Assembly (NCBI GenBank): GCA_964016885.1
Contig: CAXHJY010000861.1
Coordinates: forward strand, 124,001-188,000
From: Eledone cirrhosa
Lineage: Eukaryota
DNA: 64,000 bases
Direction of reading: 5' to 3'
Shown here: positions 1 to 11,500 of the stretch, in pieces
Layout of the letters: the number at the start of each line of letters is the position of its first letter
How positions within the stretch are numbered: the stretch's first letter is position 1
Notes under the pieces: generated by a model
The model's database searches: none
What the model was told of the DNA's origin: nothing
Seen by the model: the letters and a program-made list of their open reading frames with translations, nothing else
Translations under genes and position numbers: made by a program

Positions 1-140
1 TGAGGGCGCTAATTATAATATAAGTATATACTGTATTTGATAGTTTATAAGACGTACATGCTTTTCGAAAAAATGTCCCTGCATCTTATAAGGTCAATAG
101 TTGGTTAGGTTCTTGTGAAGTTGTAGTGTTGCAATGGTCC

Positions 141-356
141 TTAACCCTTTAGCATTTAAACCAGCCATATCTAGCCAGAATTCTTTCACCCCTTTCTGTT
201 CAAACTGACCATAACTGGCCACTCATACATAAGTTAAAGTATTGTTCTCAAAATAAATAATATCAAAATCTCATAGAATCGATATTATGTGAGGTAAAGC
301 CTTTCCTATGAAAATACAATAGTAAATATAGAGTAATGTAAATGCTAAAGGGTTAA
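141..356. mobile_element. Non-autonomous piggyBac-like MITE (208 bp between TTAA sites)
   Basis: Perfect 14-bp terminal inverted repeats CCCTTTAGCATTTA (145-158) and TAAATGCTAAAGGG (339-352), with TTAA at 141-144 and 353-356. TTAA target sites with CCC/GGG ends are the piggyBac signature. No ORF. Confidence 0.8.
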
Positions 357-524
357 GTTAAACTGCAAACATCTCTGTAAATGTGGTGATTGCTTCTACA
401 CCAACAAAAGCTACAATTTTAATAAATTTTATGATGAATAAAATTAGTAAATTTTTAAAACAAAAGAAAGTGAAAATAAATTAAGTATTTCAACAAAAAA
501 TACGATGTATACAACACATTTCTG

Positions 525-640
525 GCAGGTGAGTGTAGTGGAGCAACATGAAATAAAGAGTCTTGATTAAAGACACAACACCAGGAATTGAACTCACGAC
601 CCAAACACACAAACCACTAAACCATGCTCCTTCACAGACA
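525..640 (-). mobile_element. Degenerate tRNA-derived, CORE-like SINE
   Basis: Reverse strand reads GCATGGTTTAGTGGTT (A-box-like), GAGTTCAATTCC (B-box-like), then GTGTCTTTAATCAAGACTCTTTATTTCA. It matches the plus-strand copy at 28645-28775. Confidence 0.65.
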
Positions 641-866
641 TAATAAACATACGAGGGCAGGCTGAAAAGTTTATAGACTGATTAAAAATGAGTGATGCTA
701 GAGCTGTGAGTGAAATCTTGCATGCATTAATTTCAACTCTTCTTCTTAATAACTTGATTGTTTCTTTCCTAGAAGTATGTTGAAAAATAAACCTCATTTG
801 GTCATTCCATGCGAGTATCTTGGTCAGCCTATGAACCTTTCAACAAACTTGAGAGAAGTCACTCAC

Positions 867-1100
867 CAACAGGATTCAGAGCGTATCCTCTCCGTTTCTC
901 AACATAGAGATAATGTGCACATAATTTCATCAATGGCTTCTTCAACAACACAGCCAGTTGTTCCTCCTGGTACCAGGAATTGGTTTGAAGTCTCTTCTTA
1001 AATTTTTCAAGGCCAGCCATAGAATTAAGATCAAAATAAGCTCCGAGATTATAAACATCTTCGGGAGAAAATAAAGACATGTCTGTCTGTTCTCCAAGTT
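867..1100 (-). CDS. MLYCD: Malonyl-CoA decarboxylase, internal exon (6th in window; ...[23 protein letters not shown])
   Basis: Acceptor TTTCCAG ends at 1101 and donor GTGAGT starts at 866; 234 nt, phase 1/1. Peptide matches the MCD C-terminal motif [22 protein letters not shown](ANFH). The next exon was not found in 1-866. Confidence 0.95.
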
Positions 1101-1135
1101 CTGGAAAGATATAATATGAAACATTGACAATCAGA

Positions 1136-1270
1136 ATCATCACCAATACCATCATCACCACCATCACCACTACTACCATCATCACCACTACCATCATCAC
1201 CACCACCATCACTACCACCTCCACCATCATCATCACTATCACCACCATCACTACCACCTCCACCACCACC
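1136..1270. repeat. Degenerate (CAC/CAT/TAC)n trinucleotide microsatellite, intronic
   Basis: Directly visible. It explains the V/M-rich and G/D-rich stretches in ORFs 859..1269 and 1049..1639. Confidence 0.9.
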
Positions 1271-1314
1271 CAGACTCCCAGCCCTTCCCTGATTATATAA
1301 TAAATCTTTCTTAC

Positions 1315-1473
1315 GTATCAGTTGAATCTTCTTGGTAATTTCTTTAAGTAGCCAATCTTTAAAGCCAGGAATTGGTGACAGACTTGTGAAGACGGCCATG
1401 TGAGGGAATTCTGCTTGTAATTCTCTCACGACTCTCTTGATTAAGTAGTTGCCAAGGTCAACACTTTGCAGGC
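1315..1473 (-). CDS. MLYCD: Malonyl-CoA decarboxylase, internal exon ([43 protein letters not shown]...)
   Basis: Acceptor CAG ends at 1474 and donor GTAAGA starts at 1314; 159 nt, phase 1/1. Contains the conserved MCD motifs GLxxVxLGxxLIKRVV and SLSPIPGF. Confidence 0.95.
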
Positions 1474-1477
1474 CTGG

Positions 1478-1660
1478 AACAACAACAACAATGGGTTCTG
1501 CTTTAGGCGCAAGGACAGCAAATTTTTTTTTGGGGGGGGTGACCACAGTGTATGACTGGTACTTTATTTTATCAACCCCATAAGAATGAAAGGCAAAGCT
1601 AACTTCGGTGGGATTTGAACCCAGAACGTAAAGGGCCATAACTCAATAACACAATCATCC
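1478..1660 (-). mobile_element. tRNA-derived SINE with (TTG)n tail
   Basis: B-box-like GGTTCAAATCCC on the reverse strand (about 1611-1622). The body CTGGTACTTTATTTTATC..CCC..AAG.ATGAAAGGCAAAG is shared with copies at 1668-1868, 27560-27673 and 28950-29110. Confidence 0.75.
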
Positions 1661-1667
1661 GCCATTG

Positions 1668-1868
1668 AATAATAATAATAATTGTTTCTACTTTAGGCAC
1701 AAGGCCAGCAATTACCCAGTACATTACTGGTACTTTATTTTATCGACTCCGTAAGGATGAAAGGCAAAGTTAACCTCAGCGGGATTTGAACTCAGATCGT
1801 AAAGGGACGTAACTATGCTGGAAAGCATGGCGTCCGACCCTCTACCGGTACTGCCAATTCACCGCCCT
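1668..1868 (-). mobile_element. tRNA-derived SINE (same family) with (TAT)n tail
   Basis: Second adjacent copy: CTTTAGGCACAAGGCC...CTGGTACTTTATTTTATCGACTCCGTAAGGATGAAAGGCAAAG...GGGATTTGAACTCAG, flanked by (AAT)n runs. Confidence 0.75.
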
Positions 1869-2189
1869 TGAATAATAATAATAATAATAATTTTCTTTAT
1901 TGGTCACATGGGCTGACATGTAGGGGGCAATGGGGGGGGGGGGGGGGTTACAATAAGCTCGAGTAAAAATTCACAATGGCTAAACCAATTTAACAATGAA
2001 GATATAAAATAAACTAAGCATGAATATAACAAAATAAATTCCCCTATAGGGGGTGGACAACCCAGGGGCTACTCAGGTACCCCACCAATCCTGAATTACT
2101 CTGCTCTTCAAGCGCACCCAGGGAGAGCACCCTTGACCTCAAATTAGCTAGCCTACCATGGTCAATAATAACAACAGTAGTTAAAATAC

Positions 2190-2319
2190 CTCTTTGTGTG
2201 GATGTGATAGAATAAAATACAGCTGTGGAAATATCGTCGGTTAATTCCTTCTGTGGATCATCTTCCAATGGAACTGTCTCTACTGACGTACTCCGACGGA
2301 TGTTAGACTTAATAATAGA
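2190..2319 (-). CDS. MLYCD: Malonyl-CoA decarboxylase, internal exon (SIIKSNIRR...ISTAVFYSITSTQRG)
   Basis: Acceptor TTTTCTCTTCCAG ends at 2320 and donor GTATTT starts at 2189; 130 nt, phase 0/1. Contains the MCD motif AxFYSIxxTQxG and joins the next exon in frame (G|GC). Confidence 0.93.
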
Positions 2320-2590
2320 CTGGAAGAGAAAATATCACCAATTCTTATTGAAATGGTTCATAGTGTGACTATAAAGGAGTGATGCTAGAGCTGTGGAATC
2401 TTGCATTCATTTCAACTCTATTTCTCATTTTTCTCTCAGTCCATCCATGCTTTATCGGTCATGCATATAACATTACACACACTCACACACACACTCCCTC
2501 TTTACCAAAACATCCCCTTCCCCATTAAAAGTAATAATACAAAAGAAAGGTGTATTTAGAGAGAAGCCAGTTAATTCTAACGGCTGCAGC

Positions 2591-5500
2591 TCAGTCCACC
2601 ATGTAAGGTGGTAGTGCTGGTGTCATGACAACAAGGACCCAGTCCACCATGTAAGGTGGTAGTGCTGGAGTCATGACAACAAGGACCCAGTCCACCATGT
2701 AAGGTGGTAGTGCTGGTGCCATGACAACAAGGACCCAGTCCACCATGTAAGGTGGTAGGGCTGGTGCCTTAACAACAAGGATCCAGTCCACCATGTAAGG
2801 TGGTAGTACTGGTGCCATGACAACAATGACCCAGTCCACCATGTAAGGTGGTTGTACTGGTGCCATGACAACAAGGACCCAGTCCACCATGTAAGGTGGT
2901 AGGGCTGGTGCCTTAACAACAAGGATCCAGTCCACCATGTAAGGTGGGAGTACTGGTGCCATGACAACAATGACCCAGTCCACCATGTAAGGTGGGAGTA
3001 CTGGTGCCATGACAACAAGGACCCAGTCCACCATGTAAGGTGGTAGGGCTGGTGCCTTAACAACAAGGATCCAGTCCACCATGTAAGGTGGGAGTACTGG
3101 TGCCATGACAACAATGACCCAGTCCACCATGTAAGGTGGTAGTACTGGTGCCATGACAACAAGGACCCAGTCCACCATGTAAGGTGGTTGTACTGGTGCC
3201 ATGACAACAAGGACCCAGTCCACCATGTAAGGTGGTAGGGCTGGTGCCTTAACAACAAGGATCCAGTCCACCATGTAAGGTGGGAGTACTGGTGCCATGA
3301 CAACAATGACCCAGTCCACCATGTAAGGTGGGAGTACTGGTGCCATGACAACAAGGACCCAGTCCACCATGTAAGGTGGTAGGGCTGGTGCCTTAACAAC
3401 AAGGATCCAGTCCACCATGTAAGGTGGTAGTACTGGTGCCATGACAACAAGGACCCAGTCCACCATGTAAGGTGGTAGTACTGGTGCCATGACAACAAGG
3501 ACCCAGTCCACCATGTAAGGTGGTAGGGCTGGTGCCTTAACAACAAGGATCCAGTCCACCATGTAAGGTGGTAGTACTGGTGCCATGACAACAAGGACCC
3601 AGTCCTCCATGTAAGGTGGTAGTACTGGTGCCATGACAACAAGGACCCAGTCCACCATGTAAGGTGGTAGGGCTGGTGCCTTAACAACAAGGATCCAGTC
3701 CACCATGTAAGGTGGTAGTACTGGTGCCATGACAACAAGGACCCAGTCCACCATGTAAGGTGGTAGTACTGGTGCCATGACAACAATGACCCAGTCCACC
3801 ATGTAAGGTGGGAGTACTGGTGCCATGACAACAATGACCCAGTCCACCATGTGAGGTGGGAGTACTGGTGCCATGACAACAAGGACCCAGTCCACCATGT
3901 AAGGTGGTAGTGCTGGTGCCATGACAAGGACCCAGTCCACCATGTAAGGTGGTAGTACTTGTGCCATGACAAGGACCCAGTCCACCATGTAAGGTGGTAG
4001 TGCTGGTGCCATGACAAGGACCCAGTCCACCATGTAAGGTGGTAGTGCTGGTGCCATTACATGGACCCAGTCCACCATGTAAGGTGGTAGTGCTGGTGCC
4101 ATGACAAGGACCCAGTCCACCATGTAAGGTGGTAGTGCTGGTGCCATGACAAGGACCCAGTCCACCATGTAAGGTGGTAGTGCTGGTGCCATGACAAGGA
4201 CCCAGTCCACCATGTAAGGTGGTAGTACTTGTGCCATGACAAGGACCCAGTCCACCATGTAAGGTGGTAGTGCTGGTGCCATGACAAGGACCCAGTCCAC
4301 CATGTAAGGTGGTAGTGCTGGTGCCATGACAAGGACCCAGTCCACCATGTAAGGTGGTAGTGCTGGTCCCATGACAAGGACCCAGTCCACCATGTAAGGT
4401 GGTAGTGCTGGTGCCATGACAAGGACCCAGTCCACCATGTAAGGTGGTAGTGCTGGTGCCATGACAAGGACCCAGTCCACCATGTAAGGTGGTAGTGCTG
4501 GTGCCATGACAAGGACCCAGTCCACCATGTAAGGTGGTAGTGCTGGTGCCATGACAAGGACCCAGTCCACCATGTAAGGTGGAAGTGCTGGTGCCATAAC
4601 AAGGACTCAGCCCACCATGTAAGGTGGTAGGGCTGGTGCCTTAACAACAATGACCCAGTCCACCATGTAAGGTCGTAGTACTGGTGCCATGACAAGGACC
4701 CAGTCCACCATGTAAGGTGGTAGGGCTGGTGCCTTAACAACAAGGATCCAGTCCACCATGTAAGGTGGTAGTACTGGTGCCATGACAACAATGACCCAGT
4801 CCACCATGTAAGGTGGTTGTACTGGTGCCATGACAACAAGGACCCAGTCCACCATGTAAGGTGGTAGGGCTGGTGCCTTAACAACAAGGATCCAGTCCAC
4901 CATGTAAGGTGGGAGTACTGGTGCCATGACAACAATGACCCAGTCCACCATGTAAGGTGGGAGTACTGGTGCCATGACAACAAGGACCCAGTCCACCATG
5001 TAAGGTGGTAGGGCTGGTGCCTTAACAACAAGGATCCAGTCCACCATGTAAGGTGGGAGTACTGGTGCCATGACAACAATGACCCAGTCCACCATGTAAG
5101 GTGGTAGTACTGGTGCCATGACAACAAGGACCCAGTCCACCATGTAAGGTGGTTGTACTGGTGCCATGACAACAAGGACCCAGTCCACCATGTAAGGTGG
5201 TAGGGCTGGTGCCTTAACAACAAGGATCCAGTCCACCATGTAAGGTGGGAGTACTGGTGCCATGACAACAAGGACCCAGTCCACCATGTAAGGTGGTAGG
5301 GCTGGTGCCTTAACAACAAGGATCCAGTCCACCATGTAAGGTGGTAGTACTGGTGCCATGACAACAAGGACCCAGTCCACCATGTAAGGTGGTAGTACTG
5401 GTGCCATGACAACAAGGACCCAGTCCACCATGTAAGGTGGTAGGGCTGGTGCCTTAACAACAAGGATCCAGTCCACCATGTAAGGTGGTAGTACTGGTGC

Positions 5501-8500
5501 CATGACAACAAGGACCCAGTCCACCATGTAAGGTGGTAGTACTGGTGCCATGACAACAAGGACCCAGTCCACCATGTAAGGTGGTAGGGCTGGTGCCTTA
5601 ACAACAAGGATCCAGTCCACCATGTAAGGTGGTAGTACTGGTGCCATGACAACAAGGACCCAGTCCACCATGTAAGGTGGTAGTACTGGTGCCATGACAA
5701 CAATGACCCAGTCCACCATGTAAGGTGGGAGTACTGGTGCCATGACAACAATGACCCAGTCCACCATGTGAGGTGGGAGTACTGGTGCCATGACAACAAG
5801 GACCCAGTCCACCATGTAAGGTGGTAGTGCTGGTGCCATGACAAGGACCCAGTCCACCATGTAAGGTGGTAGTACTTGTGCCATGACAAGGACCCAGTCC
5901 ACCATGTAAGGTGGTAGTGCTGGTGCCATGACAAGGACCCAGTCCACCATGTAAGGTGGTAGTGCTGGTGCCATTACATGGACCCAGTCCACCATGTAAG
6001 GTGGTAGTGCTGGTGCCATGACAAGGACCCAGTCCACCATGTAAGGTGGTAGTGCTGGTGCCATGACAAGGACCCAGTCCACCATGTAAGGTGGTAGTGC
6101 TGGTGCCATGACAAGGACCCAGTCCACCATGTAAGGTGGTAGTACTTGTGCCATGACAAGGACCCAGTCCACCATGTAAGGTGGTAGTGCTGGTGCCATG
6201 ACAAGGACCCAGTCCACCATGTAAGGTGGTAGTGCTGGTGCCATGACAAGGACCCAGTCCACCATGTAAGGTGGTAGTGCTGGTCCCATGACAAGGACCC
6301 AGTCCACCATGTAAGGTGGTAGTGCTGGTGCCATGACAAGGACCCAGTCCACCATGTAAGGTGGTAGTGCTGGTGCCATGACAAGGACCCAGTCCACCAT
6401 GTAAGGTGGTAGTGCTGGTGCCATGACAAGGACCCAGTCCACCATGTAAGGTGGTAGTGCTGGTGCCATGACAAGGACCCAGTCCACCATGTAAGGTGGA
6501 AGTGCTGGTGCCATAACAAGGACTCAGCCCACCATGTAAGGTGGTAGGGCTGGTGCCTTAACAACAATGACCCAGTCCACCATGTAAGGTCGTAGTACTG
6601 GTGCCATGACAAGGACCCAGTCCACCATGTAAGGTGGTAATACTGGTGCCTTAACAACAAGGACCCAGTCCACCATGTAAGGTGGTAGTGCTGGTGCCAT
6701 GACAACAATCCCCAGTCCACCAGGTAAGATGGTAGTACTGGTGCCATGACAAGGACCCAGTCCACCATATAAGCTGGTAGTACTGGTGCCATGACAACAA
6801 GGACCCAGTCCACCATGTAAGGTGGTAGTACTGGTGCCACGTCAACAAGGACCTAGTCCACCAAGTAAGGTGTTTGTACTGGTGCCATGACAACAAGGAC
6901 CCAGTCAACCATGTAAAATGGTAGTACTGGTGCCATCACAACAAGGACCCAGTCCACCTTGTAAGGTGGTGGTACTGGTGCCATGACAACAAGGAACCAG
7001 TCCACCAAGTAGGGGGGTAGTACTGGTGCCATGTCAACAAGGACCCACTTCACTATGTAAGGTGGTAGTACTGGTGCCATGACAACAAGGACACAGTCCA
7101 CCATGTAAGGTGGTAGTACTGGTGCCATGACAAGGACCCAGTCCACCATATAAGCTGGTAGTACTGGTGCCTTGACAACAAGGACCCAGTCCACCATGTA
7201 AGGTGGTAGTACTGGTGCCACGTCAACAAGGACCTAGTCCACCAAGTAAGGTGTTTGTACTGGTGCCATGACAACAAGGACCCAGTCAACCATGTAAAAT
7301 GGTAGTACTGGTGCCATCACAACAAGGACCCAGTCCACCTTGTAAGGTGGTGGTACTGGTGCCATGACAACAAGGACCCAGTCCACCAAGTAGGGGGGTA
7401 GTACTGGTGCCATGTCAACAAGGACCCACTTCACTATGTAAGGTGGTAGTACTGGTGCCATGACAACAAGGACACAGTCCACCATGTAAGGTGGTAGTAC
7501 TGGTGCCATGACAACAAGGAGCCAGTCCACCATATAAGGTGGTAGTACTGGTGCCATGAAAAAGACCCAGTTCACCATGTAAGGTGGTAGTACTGGTGCC
7601 ATGACAAAGACCCAGTTAACCATGTAAGCTGGTAGTGCTGGTGCCATGAAAACAAGGACCAAGTCCACCGCGTAAGGTGGTTGTGGTGGAGACATGACAA
7701 CAAGGACCCAGTCCTCCATATAAGGTGGTAGTACTGGTGCCATGACATGGACCCAGTCCACCTTGTAAGGTAGTAGTGCTGGTGCCATGACAAGGACCCA
7801 GTCCACCATGTAAGGTGGAAGTGCTGGTGCCTTAACAAGGACCCAGTCCATCTTTTAAGGTAGTAGTGCTGGTGCCATGACAATAAGGACCCAGTCCACC
7901 ATGTAAGGTGGAAGTGGTGGTGCCTAACAACAAGGACCCAGTCCACCATGTAAGGTGGGAGTACTGGTGCCATGACAACAAGGACCCAGTCCACCATGTA
8001 AGGTGGGAGTACTGGTGCCATGACAACAAGGACCAGTCCACCATGTAAGGTGGTAGTACTGGTGCCATGACAACAAGGACCAGTCCACCATGTAAGGTGG
8101 TAGTACTGGTGCCATGACAACAAGGACCAGTCCACCATGTAAGCTGGTAGTGCTGGTGCCATGACAACAAGGACCCAGTCCTCCATATAAGGTGGTAGTA
8201 CTGGTGCCATGACAACAAGGACCCATTCTACCTTGTAAGGTGGTAGTACTGATGCTATAACAAGGACCAGTCCACCTTGTACGGTGGTAGTACTGGTGCC
8301 ATGACAACAAGGACCCAGTCCACCATGTAAGGTGGGAGTACTGGTGCCATGACAACAAGGACCCAGTCCACCATGTAAGGTGGGAGTACTGGTGCCATGA
8401 CAACAAGGACCCAGTCCACCATGTAAGGTGGGAGTACTGGTGCCATGACAACAAGGACCCAGTCCACCATGTAAGGTGGGAGTACTGGTGCCATGACAAC

Positions 8501-11500
8501 AAGGACCCAGTCCACCATGTAAGGTGGTAGTACTGGTGCCATGACAACAAGGACCCATTCCACCTTGTAAGGTGGTAGTACTGATGCTATAACAAGGACC
8601 AGTCCACCTTGTACGGTGGTAGTACTGGTGCCATGACAACAAGGACCCAGTCCACCATGTAAGGTGGGAGTACTGGTGCCATGACAACAAGGACCCAGTC
8701 CACCATGTAAGGTGGGAGTACTGGTGCCATGACAACAATGACCCAGTCCACCATGTAAGGTGGGAGTACTGGTGCCATGACAACAATGACCCAGTCCACC
8801 ATATTAGGTGGTAGTACTGGTGCCATGACAACAAGGACCCAGTCCACCACGTAAGGTGGTAGTACTGGTGCCATGACAACAATGACCCAGTCCTCCATGT
8901 AAGGTGGTAGGGCTGGTGCCATGACAAGGACCCAGTCCACCATGTAAGGTGGTAGGGCTGGTGCCATGACAAGGACCCAGTCCACCATGTAAGGTGGTAG
9001 TGCTGGTGCCATGACAAGGACCCAGTCCACCATGTAAGGTGGTAGTGCTGGTGCCATGACAAGGACCCAGTCCACCATGTAAGGTGGAAGTGCTGGTGCC
9101 ATAACAACAAGGACTCAGCCCACCATGTAAGGTGGTAGGGCTGGTGCCTTAACAACAATGACCCAGACCACCATGTAAGGTGGTAGTGCTGGTGCCATGA
9201 CAAGGACCCAGTCCACCATGTAAGGTGGTAATACTGGTGCCTTAACAACAAGGACCCAGTCCACCATGTAAGGTGGTAGTGCTGGTGCCTTAACAACAAT
9301 GACCCAGTCCACCATGTAAGGTGGTAGGGCTGGTGCCTTAACAACAATGACCCAGTCCACCAGGTAAGGTCGTAGTACTGGTGCCATGACAAGGACCCAG
9401 TCCACCATGTAAGGTGGTAATACTGGTGCCTTAACAACAAGGACCCAGTCCACCATGTAAGGTGATAGTACTGGTGCCATGACAAGGACCCAGTCCACCA
9501 TATAAGGTGTTTGTACTGGTGCCATGACAACAAGGACCCAGTCCACCATGTAAGGTGGTAGTACTGGTGCCACGTCAACAAGGACCTAGTCCACCAAGTA
9601 AGGTGTTTGTACTGGTGCCATGACAACAAGGACCCAGTCAACCATGTAAAATGGTAGTACTGGTGCCATGACAACAAGGACCCAGTCCACCTTGTAAGGT
9701 GGTGGTACTGATGCTATGACAACAAGGACCCAGTCCACCAAGTAAGGGGGTAGTACTGGTGCCATGACAACAAGGACCCAGTCCACCATGTAAGGTGGGA
9801 GTACTGGTGCCATGTCAACAAGGACCCAGTCCACCATGTAAGGTGGGAGTACTGGTGCCATGACAACAAGGACCCAGTCCACCATGTAAGGTGGGAGTAC
9901 TGGTGCCATGACAACAAGGACCAGTCCACCATGTAAGGTGGTAGTACTGGTGCCATGACAACAAGGACCAGTCCACCATGTAAGGTGGTAGTACTGGTGC
10001 CATGACAACAAGGACCAGTCCACCATGTAAGCTGGTAGTGCTGGTGCCATGACAAGGACCCAGTCCTCCATATAAGGTGGTAGTACTGGTGCCATGACAA
10101 CAAGGACCCATTCCACCTTGTAAGGTGGTAGTACTGGTGCCATGACAACAAGGATCCAGTCCACCATGTAAGGTGGGAGTACTGGTGCCATGACAACAAT
10201 GACCCAGTCCACCATGTAAGGTGGTAGTACTGGTGCCATGACAACAAGGATCCAGTCCACCATATTAGGTGGTAGTACTGGTGCCATGACAACAAGGACC
10301 CAGTCCACCACGTAAGGTGGTAGTACTGGTGCCATGACAACAATGACCCAGTCCACCATGTAAGGTGGTAGTACTGGTGCCATGACAACAAGGATCCAGT
10401 CCACCATGTAAGGTGGTAGTACTGGTGCCATGACAACAAGGACCCAGTCCACCATGTAAGGTGGTAGTGCTGGTGCCATGACAAGGACCCAGTCCACCAT
10501 GTAAGGTGGTAGTGCTGGTGCCATGACAAGGACCCAGTCCACCATGTAAGGTGGAAGTGCTGGTGCCATAACAACAAGGACTCAGCCCACCATGTAAGGT
10601 GGTAGTACTGGTGCCATGACAAGGACCCAGTCCACCATGTAAGGTGGAAGTGCTGGTGCCATAACAACAAGGACCCAGTCCACCATGTAAGGTGGTAGGG
10701 CTGGTGCCTTAACAACAATGACCCAGTCCACCATGTAAGGTCGGAGTACTGGTGCCATGACAAGGACCCAGTCCACCATGTAAGGTGGTAATACTGGTGC
10801 CTTAACAACAAGGACCCAGTCCACCATGTAAGGTGGTAGTGCTGGTGCCATGACAACAATCCCCAGTCCACCAGGTAAGATGGTAGTACTGGTGCCATGA
10901 CAAGGACCCAGTCCACCATATAAGCTGGTAGTACTGATGCCATGACAACAAGGACCCAGTCCACCAAGTAAGGTGTTTGTACTGGTGCCATGACAACAAG
11001 GACCCAGTCAACCATGTAAAATGGTAGTACTGGTGCCATGACAACAAGGACCCAGTCCACCTTGTAAAGTGGTGGTACTGGTGCCACGTCAACAAGGACC
11101 TAGTCCACCAAGTAAGGTGTTTGTACTGGTGCCATGACAACAAGGACCCAGTCAACCATGTAAAATGGTAGTACTGGTGCCATGACAACAAGGACCCAGT
11201 CCACCTTGTAAAGTGGTGGTACTGGTGCCATGACAACAAGGACCCAGTCCACCAAGTAAGGGGGTAGTACAGGTGCCATGACAACAAGGACCCACTTCAC
11301 TATGTAAGGTGGTAGTACTGGTGCCATGACAACAAGGACACAGTCCACCATGTAAGGTGGTAGTACTGGTGCCATCAAAACAAGGACCCAGTCCACCATA
11401 TAAGGTGGTAGTACTGGTGCCATGAAAAAGACCCAGTTCACCATGTAAGGTGGTAGTACTGGTGCCATGACAAAGACCCAGTTAACCATGTAAGCTGGTA

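Noticed and set aside
1-866. Final MLYCD exon (ANFHL..NGA..)
   Set aside because: I saw no matching peptide on the minus strand, so it is presumed to lie left of the window.
1049-1639. 196-aa ORF as a single gene with a Gly/Asp-rich tail
   Set aside because: Only 1315-1473 is exon. The rest is read-through into a SINE and a trinucleotide microsatellite.
1590-1870. tRNA genes suggested by B-box-like motifs (also about 585 and 28700)
   Set aside because: No cloverleaf is evident, and the motifs are attached to dispersed repeat bodies and simple-repeat tails, so they are SINE heads.
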